Below, piece after piece: positions 34,477-42,050 of a stretch of 64,000 nt of DNA. How positions within the stretch are numbered: position 1 is the first letter of the stretch; each line of letters starts with the position of its first letter. Below the pieces are notes generated by a model. The model did not search any database, was not told the DNA's origin, and saw only the letters and a program-made list of their open reading frames with translations. Position numbers and translations under genes: made by a program. The stretch lies in contig JAZDOB010000012.1 in NCBI GenBank assembly GCA_043799105.1, forward strand, positions 1,620 through 65,619, read 5' to 3'. Source of the stretch: Candidatus Zambryskiibacteriota bacterium. GTDB taxonomy: Bacteria; Patescibacteriota; Minisyncoccia; Phycocordibacterales; WO2-35-19.

Positions 34477-36636
34477 ATGAGAATCGCAATTGCGATGCTT
34501 ATTGCTTTTGTGCTTTTTCCGGTCTTTGCCGAAGCGAGCATACATTTGTCTCCCTGCGTTCTCCACAACTACAAAGTAGTGGATGGGGATACGTTGTGGG
34601 ACATTGCGGGACGTGAGTTGGGTAATCCCAATTCTTACCCCGAGATTGCAAAGGCAAGCAATATCACCGATCCTGACCTGATTTATGTCGGTCAGACGAT
34701 TACCATCCCATGCTTTATCTTGCCAGCTTTGAAAGACAAGTTGGCGGAAGTAATTCCACCCGAAATCAAGTCGCTCCAGATTGAATCGCTTCCGGTTGAA
34801 ATGAATCCGGAACCATCGCCAGTTGAAACTCTGCAAATTGAGTTTCTGGCCATTGATATTCCATCATCTCAATATTCCAATGGGAATGTTTGGGATTTGT
34901 CAGCGCGAGATTCATTAGTTGAGTCGAAAGTTGAGTCGAATTCAGAAACCACCATTCCCATTGCTCCTATAAAACGGAGTGCCGATGTTCTAAACCAAAA
35001 GAAAGGAAGTGTCATGAACATTATGCGAGTACCATTTAAGGCCTTTATATGGCCGGTCAAGAATTACAGAAAGGCACTCGCATACGCGAGTGTCATCGTC
35101 AGCTTTTTGCCCATACCGCAGGCCAAAGTGGTTGCAGTCGGGGCGTCTATCGTTCTCGCGGCCACATCCTCGTCGGCGGCAGGACGGGAATTCATTCTTC
35201 AGTCTTCGGTTTCGGAAACCAAGACGACGACCATCAGCCGTACGGAAATTGAACAAGCGGGGAAAACTCCATACCTGCGATACACTTTGCCGGAGGGGGA
35301 GTTAGACTTCGTTTCCAATTCCATATTCCAACAGCCGTTGTTCTCTGAGCAAAAAGCAAACATTGAAAAGATGCCGAGAGATCTGGCATCGAGCCTTGGT
35401 CTTGCTGATGCCTATGTGTGGAACGAAATCCCCGGTAAATCAGCGGTGAAAGTTCGTCTCTCGGACAAAGCCGTAGTGATTTTTACACAAGATCAGCGTG
35501 GCGCTATGGTCCCGCTATATTTGGCAGATTGTCAATATGAAGGAAAACCATGGGCCAATCGGCTTAAGCTGGTGGCAACACCGCCTCCTCCGCAACAGCC
35601 TCAGCAGATGCAGAGTAACGCTCAGGCATCCGCGCAACAGCAAGTGATTGTGCCACCGGCGCCAATCACTAATAATATGAACATTCCGCCGTTTCCGGCG
35701 ACGATCAACTTGAATCTCAATGGTTTGCCACAACAGCCGGTAATACCGACTGAAACAACGCAGCATATCATTTATGAGACGAAGGAGACTTTTGCCGACA
35801 AAGTGAAAAAAATCGGCACCGGAGTTGGTGTCGGTCTCCTCGGATCTGCTGCGCAGACGGCGGCCATAAGATTCCCAAACGCCATGAGAGATACGGCGCG
35901 CATTAATGCTGATGGCATGGTGGAAGTGGCGAATATAAATGCAGCTACAGCGCAACAAGTTGCCACGACCCAAGCAGTTTCTGCTCAACAGGTTGCTAGC
36001 ACAGTTGCCCAGGGTTTGGTTGATGCGGCCAAGAACCGCGTGCCGGATCGGGTTGACATAAACAACACGGGAGTGAACAATCCGGTAAATACAGTGAGCC
36101 CCACTATCAATCCCAATATTAGTCCGACCATAAGTCCGATTAATACGGTGAGTCCTACCATCAGTCCGACCAATACCAACACAGTCAGTCCTTCTATCGT
36201 CGCTCAGGGTGGACAGGGCGGGCAAGGAGGCCAAGGTGGACAGGGTGGAGAGACCGGCCCCGTTAATGTCACTGCAAATGGTGGCTCAGTTAATAACTCT
36301 GGCAACTCTTCCTCATCCTCGTCATCTAACTCCAAGGCTGAAGGAGGAAACTCAAACGCCTTTGCAAATTCCAACTCAAATTCGTCTTCCTCTGCGAAGA
36401 ACGAAACAAATGTTGACGTCAACAACGCCAACATTAACGTCAACAAAAATGACAACACCAACAATAATTCCAATTCCGTAAAAAACGAGAACAAGCCTCC
36501 AAGTCCTCCACCAGACAAGAAGGATGACCATGGTGGGGACAAGGATAAAAAAGATGACAACAAAGGCGGAGACAAGGATAAAGATAAGGACAAGGAATGT
36601 CCTCCCACTGTCCCGCCACCAATGAAGAAGAAGTAG
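34477..36636 (+). CDS. secreted LysM-domain protein with long low-complexity C-terminal region
   Basis: Signal-like MRIAIAMLIAFVLFPVFAEA. LysM segment YKVVDGDTLWDIAG..LIYVGQTITIP. Also contains P/Q-rich, (V/I)SPTI(S/N)P, GGQ x5, S/N-rich and D/K-rich tracts. Confidence 0.75.
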   Translation: MRIAIAMLIAFVLFPVFAEASIHLSPCVLHNYKVVDGDTLWDIAGRELGNPNSYPEIAKASNITDPDLIYVGQTITIPCFILPALKDKLAEVIPPEIKSLQIESLPVEMNPEPSPVETLQIEFLAIDIPSSQYSNGNVWDLSARDSLVESKVESNSETTIPIAPIKRSADVLNQKKGSVMNIMRVPFKAFIWPVKNYRKALAYASVIVSFLPIPQAKVVAVGASIVLAATSSSAAGREFILQSSVSETKTTTISRTEIEQAGKTPYLRYTLPEGELDFVSNSIFQQPLFSEQKANIEKMPRDLASSLGLADAYVWNEIPGKSAVKVRLSDKAVVIFTQDQRGAMVPLYLADCQYEGKPWANRLKLVATPPPPQQPQQMQSNAQASAQQQVIVPPAPITNNMNIPPFPATINLNLNGLPQQPVIPTETTQHIIYETKETFADKVKKIGTGVGVGLLGSAAQTAAIRFPNAMRDTARINADGMVEVANINAATAQQVATTQAVSAQQVASTVAQGLVDAAKNRVPDRVDINNTGVNNPVNTVSPTINPNISPTISPINTVSPTISPTNTNTVSPSIVAQGGQGGQGGQGGQGGETGPVNVTANGGSVNNSGNSSSSSSSNSKAEGGNSNAFANSNSNSSSSAKNETNVDVNNANINVNKNDNTNNNSNSVKNENKPPSPPPDKKDDHGGDKDKKDDNKGGDKDKDKDKECPPTVPPPMKKK

Positions 36637-36659
36637 CTTCTTCTTTCAACAGCTCTTTC

Positions 36660-36699
36660 GGCCCCGCATCGCGCATAGCGTGGTGCGGGGCCATTTTTT
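36660..36699 (+). terminator. Rho-independent terminator
   Basis: Stem ggccccgca/tgcggggcc followed by atttttta. Confidence 0.8.
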
Positions 36700-36723
36700 A
36701 TACAGACGTTTTCAAAAATAGAT

Positions 36724-36888
36724 TTATCCCAAAAATCCGAGTGCTTTGTAGACCAAAAATGCCGGCCAGACTATGGCCTTGAGAAGTCCGAGTATTCCAA
36801 CCCAAAAACTGTCTGCGTGCTGGATATAAAATATAACCGCGCCGACGAATCCCAAACCATATATAGCTCCTGTGGTGCCTTTACACAT
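36724..36888 (-). CDS. small membrane protein (54 aa)
   Basis: Below the track cutoff. My translation is MCKGTTGAIYGLGFVGAVIFYIQHADSFWVGILGLLKAIVWPAFLVYKALGFLG, with two hydrophobic helices. Confidence 0.45.
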   Translation of the reverse strand: MCKGTTGAIYGLGFVGAVIFYIQHADSFWVGILGLLKAIVWPAFLVYKALGFLG

Positions 36889-36941
36889 ATATTTAAATTA
36901 AATTATAAGCTCACATATATTATCGCTACCATTTCAAAATA

Positions 36942-36969
36942 TTGCAACAAGCCAAATTTTTGCTACAAT
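36942..36969 (+). promoter_or_regulatory. sigma70-like promoter for tRNA-Asn (TTGCAA-16-TGcTACAAT)
   Basis: The -35 box is at 36942..36947 and the extended -10 at 36961..36969, about 30 nt upstream of the tRNA 5' end. Confidence 0.55.
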
Positions 36970-36999
36970 GCTAATGTTCTTTAGACAAAAGAATAATAT

Positions 37000-37347
37000 T
37001 CCGGAGTAGCTCAGCGGTAGAGCGGCCGCCTGTATCGGTTAATGCAGCTTCCCAAAGAAATTTGGGATGAAAAACGAGGTGAATTCGGGGGAACCCAAAC
37101 TTTAAAAAGTGGGCAATCCCGAGCCAAGTCCAGCACCACTTTTGATTTTTAAAATTAGAAGTTAAAAGTGGTGCTGGGAAGGTGTAGAGACTATCCTTAA
37201 CGGAGTAGGACGTGATTGCGAAGCAATTTTACGTTCGAAGCCCCTCGCCCCTAAATCGAAAGACATGGGGATGATATAGTCCATGCTTCTAGTAATAGGA
37301 GATTAAATGTAAGCGGTTGGTCGTAGGTTCGATCCCTACCTCCGGAG
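37000..37347 (+). tRNA. trnN: tRNA-Asn (GUU) interrupted by a group I intron
   Basis: Exons 37000..37033 and 37310..37347 join to UCCGGAGUAGCUCAGCGGUAGAGCGGCCGCCUGU|UAAGCGGUUGGUCGUAGGUUCGAUCCCUACCUCCGGAG. This is a 72-nt cloverleaf with anticodon loop CUGUUAA. Confidence 0.85.
37034..37309 (+). ncRNA. group I intron (IC3-like), 276 nt, no ORF
   Basis: P1 pairs exon CUGU plus intron AU with AUGCAG (37042..37047), with U-G at the splice site. The intron ends in G. The core strings GUGAAUUCGGGGGAACCCAAAC, CCCGAGCCAAGUCC and GGGAAGGUGUAGAGACUAUCC match the Azoarcus and Anabaena tRNA introns as I recall them. Confidence 0.8.
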
Positions 37348-37377
37348 CTTAGTGATGATTTTAAGATAAAATCTTAG

Positions 37378-37407
37378 GCCGTCAGCAATGACGGCTTTTG
37401 ATTTTTT
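37378..37407 (+). terminator. Rho-independent terminator after tRNA-Asn
   Basis: Stem gccgtca/tgacggc followed by ttttgatttttt. Confidence 0.75.
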
Positions 37408-37534
37408 GACTGAAAAAATTTTGAGTTGAGGGAGAAATTCCAACCTGCGGAGCTGACTTGACATAAGTATTCTATTATGCTATCTTGTAAATAGTAGTTT
37501 TTTGTTCAACTTCTAAAAATAGGAGGAAAATCGA

Positions 37535-37936
37535 ATGCCTATCTGTAAAGAATGCAATGATACGGGTGTAATCGAAACCGGCAACAACGATATCCCCTGC
37601 ATATGCGTTGCGGGTGATACGGCATCATTCAATGTTGCGGGTGAAGGGTTATTGACCGGAGCACAAATCAAGAGTCGTGATGCTCTGCCCCAAATGCCTA
37701 CCATGTTCGGCAATCGCCGTGAGAATGATGTTGACTTTGAATGGGACAACGAAAGTGGTTGTTGGTGGAGTATTAATGAACAACAAGAAGTAAAAGTAAT
37801 TCCGCCAGCATCACCGAATGAATCCCAAGAGTGGACAATTCTGGTCGTTGAGACGGGTGAAGGATTCAGTTTTTCTGGTCATCGGGCGGAAAAAAGAGCA
37901 TTCGGAGCCGCTACTGTGTTTGCAAAGTCAAAATAG
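37535..37936 (+). CDS. hypothetical protein (133 aa), N-terminal Cys cluster
   Basis: AGGAGG Shine-Dalgarno. MPICKECNDTGVIETGNNDIPCICV. No family recognised. Confidence 0.5.
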   Translation: MPICKECNDTGVIETGNNDIPCICVAGDTASFNVAGEGLLTGAQIKSRDALPQMPTMFGNRRENDVDFEWDNESGCWWSINEQQEVKVIPPASPNESQEWTILVVETGEGFSFSGHRAEKRAFGAATVFAKSK

Positions 37937-37957
37937 TTGAGCAACACAAAATTAAAA

Positions 37958-37985
37958 GCCGCCCTTTCGGAGGGCGGCTCTTTTA
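37958..37985 (+). terminator. Rho-independent terminator
   Basis: Stem gccgccct/agggcggc with loop ttcgg, followed by tcttttat. Confidence 0.8.
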
Positions 37986-38160
37986 TATCAAATTAGTTCT
38001 GAAGTGAAAGATTTGAAAACAGATCTAAAATCCCATTTTTCTCAATTTCTTTTTTAATTGCAATATCCAGTTCAAAGTTCTCCTCTTTCGTCAAGACTAC
38101 AGCGGGACAAAGTAAATTTGTGTATAATAGGGAGCAGAGTTGTGTGATATAATTTCAAAT

Positions 38161-38526
38161 ATGGAAATCACAATTTTTTTGGCAAGATTTTGGGGAAGTC
38201 TTTTTATGATTCTTGGCGCTATGTCTGTTGGCGCGAAGTTACTGGGGAGAATCATTGAGTATACCGAGGACAGGACTATCACCATATCTACCGGTTATAT
38301 CACTTTTCTTTTGGGATTAATTACTGTAGTTTTGCATAACATCTGGGTTTGGGATTGGAGAATCGCCATCACTATTTTGGGTTGGGTCACCTTATTTAAA
38401 GGGATTGAAAAAATCGGGTTTCCTGATCGTGTTAACAAAAAAGCCCAGATGTTTAAAGGCGGGCAGGTGCTATGGGGCGTTGTTATTTTCCTCATCGGTG
38501 CCTGGTTTTTTTGGATGGGATATTAA
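38161..38526 (+). CDS. hypothetical membrane protein (4 predicted TM segments)
   Basis: The ATG at 38161 lies 7 nt after TATAAT (38148..38153). The track start at 38140 is a TTG. Hydrophobic throughout. Confidence 0.55.
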   Translation: MEITIFLARFWGSLFMILGAMSVGAKLLGRIIEYTEDRTITISTGYITFLLGLITVVLHNIWVWDWRIAITILGWVTLFKGIEKIGFPDRVNKKAQMFKGGQVLWGVVIFLIGAWFFWMGY

Positions 38527-38653
38527 GTAAAACGGGTTCTAAATTTATCTGACCACAGATCTAAAATCTCACTAAACTGAAGCTCTTGTTTAATCTTGGT
38601 CCAGTTTAAAGTTCTAAACTTATGTACAATAGGGAGCCAACATTTTTAGTAGT

Positions 38654-38998
38654 ATGAATATTTCAAGGACAAAATTCGTCATTCTCTTCATCGTTTCCGG
38701 GTTCGCTTTTCTTTTTATTACTACCTCACTTTTGGGATCAACAGGTCCCCGCGGCTTTCCTAAACCCCCCGACTCTGTCCTCAGAACTGGTGGTGACTCG
38801 CCAATGGCCTGGAAGAGTGCTGTGTCCACAATTATATTACCTATCAAAATTGTCTTGATAGGACCTGTGTCGCCCCCCATTGAATACATGAGGCAAGACG
38901 ATCCGCCACCCCCGTTTATTGCTATCATTCTTGCTTTCTATTGGACTATTCTTGCCTCAATTATTCATTATCTCCTCATTAAATTAAAACACTCCTAA
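38654..38998 (+). CDS. hypothetical membrane protein
   Basis: TM helices at the N- and C-termini. The upstream region duplicates that of the preceding gene. Confidence 0.5.
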   Translation: MNISRTKFVILFIVSGFAFLFITTSLLGSTGPRGFPKPPDSVLRTGGDSPMAWKSAVSTIILPIKIVLIGPVSPPIEYMRQDDPPPPFIAIILAFYWTILASIIHYLLIKLKHS

Positions 38999-39095
38999 CT
39001 GGCCATCATCAAAGAAATTCCGGAAGACCGTGTATGTGACTGCTTTGCCAAATCCGAGCGCGCCGTGATTTCATAAACTATGATAGTATTGTCAT

Positions 39096-39983
39096 ATGAA
39101 AGAAAAAAACCATAGAAACGAAAAACGAAATATTATTATCGTGGCTATAATTGCGGCCTTGAGTATAGGTGGCGGGGGTTATCTTTATTACAAAACAGCA
39201 AAAAACATAATTCAAAATAAGGAAGATCTGGAAAGTACAAAAATAGAACTTACTAATACCAAATTGGCGTTGACTCAATCGGAAGAAAAAGTAAAAGATT
39301 TAAGCAATCGTTTGGGAACCGAGGTATACAAGAACTCTCTCTTTAGCGGACAAATAAATGAAATAATCGGTACAGTTGGCAAGCTGGATAAATTATCCAA
39401 GACCGACAAGGAACTTTTGCAGAAATATTCAAAAATATATTTTTTGAACGAAAATTATGTGCCGGAATCGCTCACTGTGATTCCTGCAGAGTTTGTTTAT
39501 GAAAAAGACAAAGAGTTGCAGATCCACACCAAAGTTTTACCGTTTCTTGAGGATCTTCTCAAAGCCGCAAGAAACGCCGGAATGGATTTAAAAATAATCT
39601 CGGCTTACCGTTCGTTTGGAGAACAGAGTGTCTTGAAGGGCGCTTATACGGTAAATTATGGTAGTGATGCCAATACGTTTTCGGCTGACCAGGGTTATTC
39701 GGAACATCAATTAGGCACGACAATTGATTTTACCACTGCTTCTGTCGGGGCGACTTTCTCCGGATTTTCCAAGACGAAAGAATACGAATGGTTGCTCCAG
39801 AATGCTTACAAATACGGATTTACAATTTCCTATCCCAAAGAAAATACATATTACCAGTTTGAACCGTGGCATTGGCGTTTCGTGGGCAGAAGCCTGGCTG
39901 ACCAGCTTCACACAGAAGGACAATATTTTTACGATTTGGATCAGAGGACGATAGACACATACCTGATTAATATTTTTGATTAG
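39096..39983 (+). CDS. D-alanyl-D-alanine carboxypeptidase, VanY-like (peptidase M15B)
   Basis: N-terminal TM segment. SAYRSFGEQ, SEHQLGTTIDF and EPWHWRFVG. Confidence 0.8.
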   Translation: MKEKNHRNEKRNIIIVAIIAALSIGGGGYLYYKTAKNIIQNKEDLESTKIELTNTKLALTQSEEKVKDLSNRLGTEVYKNSLFSGQINEIIGTVGKLDKLSKTDKELLQKYSKIYFLNENYVPESLTVIPAEFVYEKDKELQIHTKVLPFLEDLLKAARNAGMDLKIISAYRSFGEQSVLKGAYTVNYGSDANTFSADQGYSEHQLGTTIDFTTASVGATFSGFSKTKEYEWLLQNAYKYGFTISYPKENTYYQFEPWHWRFVGRSLADQLHTEGQYFYDLDQRTIDTYLINIFD

Positions 39984-40016
39984 TCTGTTTATTATTAACT
40001 CATAAATCTTAAAGAT

Positions 40017-40415
40017 ATGAGGACAAACATAAAGGCAACCGGTATCACACTTACTGCGTCTATAACCGATTATATTGAAAAGAAAATAAATATGCTGGAA
40101 AAGTTTTTCCGGGGGGAAGAAGTTTTGGTAAACGTGGAAGTGGGCAGGACGACAAGACATCATAAATCGGGAGATATTTTTAGAGCTGAGATCCGCATTA
40201 CCTCCGGCGGGGAGGAATATTATTCAGTGGTGGAAACGGAGGACCTTTATGCGGCTATTGATGAAGTCAAAGATGAAATAGTACACGAACTGACATCAAA
40301 AAGAAAAAAAGCTTTTCATCTTTTCAGACGCGGAGGAGCTCAGATAAAAAACTTATTGAAAGGAATAGCGAATGTGGGGGATAGGGGATGGAAAAGATTT
40401 AAGAACAGGAAATAA
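40017..40415 (+). CDS. hpf: ribosome hibernation promoting factor / RaiA family
   Basis: MRTNIKATGITLTASITDYIEKKI..VNVEVGR..FRAEIRI. Confidence 0.8.
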   Translation: MRTNIKATGITLTASITDYIEKKINMLEKFFRGEEVLVNVEVGRTTRHHKSGDIFRAEIRITSGGEEYYSVVETEDLYAAIDEVKDEIVHELTSKRKKAFHLFRRGGAQIKNLLKGIANVGDRGWKRFKNRK

Positions 40416-40418
40416 ATC

Positions 40419-41435
40419 TTATTTTTGTCCTCTCAGAAAATCGTCAAAAGACATTGCTCTTTTGCCCTCGGGAATTACTCTTAATATTTTTAGCTCATTA
40501 TTTTCTGTGGTGGCGTCTGTGATTATGATGCGTTTTTGTTCTGAACCGCCTCCGCTTTGCTTCGGCGTGTCGAGGAAAAAATAAGCGGTTGGCCATTCTT
40601 CAAATGCTTTTATTTTGAGAAGATTTTGGCGAGCATTTTTTCCTAAATCATTCAAATCTATTTGAAGTTCTCCATCTTCTTTTTCAACTTTTTTACAATA
40701 TGTCGCTTTGCTCTCGTCTTGCATTATGGGGTCAATCGCGCCCTGCATCCACTCGGGCAGAATATGGGCAAAAAGCTGTGCACCCTCAATTGCCAAAAAT
40801 TTCTCTAATTCCTTCCTGCTCATAACCTCATCCCCGGCCCTTCCCCTAGGCGCAGGGGAAGGGAGAGGGACATTAGAATTGTCACTGTGTGAAGTATGTT
40901 TCCCCTCTCCTGCATCTACTCGCCCGGCGTAGCCTTGGCGAAGCGGGGGGAGAGGGGTAAGGGGTGAGGTTTGGACAACAACCGGCCCCGTGTCCATAGT
41001 TTCCTCGATTTGCATAATGGTCACGCCCACTTCTTTTTCATCGTTTAAAATCTGGCTCTGAATGGGGGAGGCCCCGCGGTATTTGGGCAGGAGGGAAGGA
41101 TGAATATTTAAAGTTTTATGTTTGGGGATTTCGAAAATTTCTTTTGGAATTATTTTGCCGTAAGAAGCAACCAAAAAAAGGTCGTAGCTTGCAGCTTGTA
41201 GCTTGGAAATCAGATCCACATTATTTTTTAAAGATATTGGATCAAGAATCTCAATTTTATTTTCTTGTGCCCAGATTTTCACCGGAGTAGGCGTCAGTAC
41301 CAACTTTCGGCCCTTAGGTTTGTCGAGAGTGGTTACAATAAGGGAAGGTAAAATATTATGGATTTTTAATTCATCCAAAACATAAACGCTAAATTCCGAA
41401 CTTCCAAAAAATACCCAGTTTGCTTTATTTGTCAT
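40419..41435 (-). CDS. fmt: methionyl-tRNA formyltransferase with in-frame repeat insertion
   Basis: VFFGSSEFSV, LVASYGKIIP, LNIHPSLLPKYRGASPIQ and METGPV-like MDTGPVV. Confidence 0.9.
   Translation of the reverse strand: MTNKANWVFFGSSEFSVYVLDELKIHNILPSLIVTTLDKPKGRKLVLTPTPVKIWAQENKIEILDPISLKNNVDLISKLQAASYDLFLVASYGKIIPKEIFEIPKHKTLNIHPSLLPKYRGASPIQSQILNDEKEVGVTIMQIEETMDTGPVVVQTSPLTPLPPLRQGYAGRVDAGEGKHTSHSDNSNVPLPSPAPRGRAGDEVMSRKELEKFLAIEGAQLFAHILPEWMQGAIDPIMQDESKATYCKKVEKEDGELQIDLNDLGKNARQNLLKIKAFEEWPTAYFFLDTPKQSGGGSEQKRIIITDATTENNELKILRVIPEGKRAMSFDDFLRGQK
40824..40971. repeat. Family A palindromic element (two hairpins, nested family B core), in frame inside fmt
   Basis: Outer arms aacctcatcccc / ggggtgaggtt. 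Encodes SPLTPLPPLRQGYAGRVDAGEGKHTSHSDNSNVPLPSPAPRGRAGDEV. Confidence 0.8.
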
Positions 41436-42009
41436 TTTGATTTTTTTCTTCCGGTACCATTTCTCTCAAATCTGTCGCTTTGTCGGTGAAAAGAATGCCA
41501 TTTAGATGGTCCACTTCATGCTGAAAAGCTTGGGAAAGCAAGCCGGAACCGCCCATGGTGAAAGGTTTGCCGTTTTCGTCGTAGGCTCTGACGAGTGTTT
41601 TTTGTGCTCTTTTAACTCTGCCATAAAGCCAACGCACCGAGAGGCACCCCTCATCGGTTGTCATTTTTTGTTTTGAAGTTTTGAGTATTTCCGGATTTAT
41701 GAAAACCATATCTTTGTAATCGGGTTTTTCTTTTGCAAATTCTTCCAGATTTTCTCTTTTGGATTTTTTACTTTTTACTTTTTCTTCGTCCATTATTTCA
41801 AATATTTTTTTTGAAACTACAAAAATGCGCAGATTTTCTCCGATTTGCGGAGCGGCGATAGCCACGCCATCTTCTTGATTATCCAAAGCCTTTATCATTC
41901 TTCTTATGATAGTTTCAATCTTTCTGCCGTTGATTTCTTCAATGGCTACGGGCTTGGCTATTTTCCTCAAAACCTTATTCTCCTTTTGCACTATTCCATT
42001 TTTGTCCAT
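41425..42009 (-). CDS. def: peptide deformylase
   Basis: GVAIAAPQIG, EGCLSV and QHEVDHLNG. Carries a Lys/Glu-rich internal insertion. Confidence 0.9.
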   Translation of the reverse strand: MDKNGIVQKENKVLRKIAKPVAIEEINGRKIETIIRRMIKALDNQEDGVAIAAPQIGENLRIFVVSKKIFEIMDEEKVKSKKSKRENLEEFAKEKPDYKDMVFINPEILKTSKQKMTTDEGCLSVRWLYGRVKRAQKTLVRAYDENGKPFTMGGSGLLSQAFQHEVDHLNGILFTDKATDLREMVPEEKNQNDK

Positions 42010-42050
42010 ATTCTCATTCTACAACATAATTATCATTTAATCTATCAAAA

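Noticed and set aside
35515-36608. Long minus-strand ORFs (239 aa, 134 aa, 65 aa) and the plus-frame ORF 36209..36481.
   Set aside because: They lie antisense or out of frame within the low-complexity, GC-rich 3' half of the LysM gene. Repetitive composition keeps alternative frames open.
41425-42009. The Lys/Glu-rich insertion in peptide deformylase (MDEEKVKSKKSKRENLEEFAKEKPDYKD), considered as another repeat-element insertion.
   Set aside because: The underlying DNA is AT-rich and shows no palindrome or similarity to the repeat families. It is more likely an ordinary lineage-specific loop.
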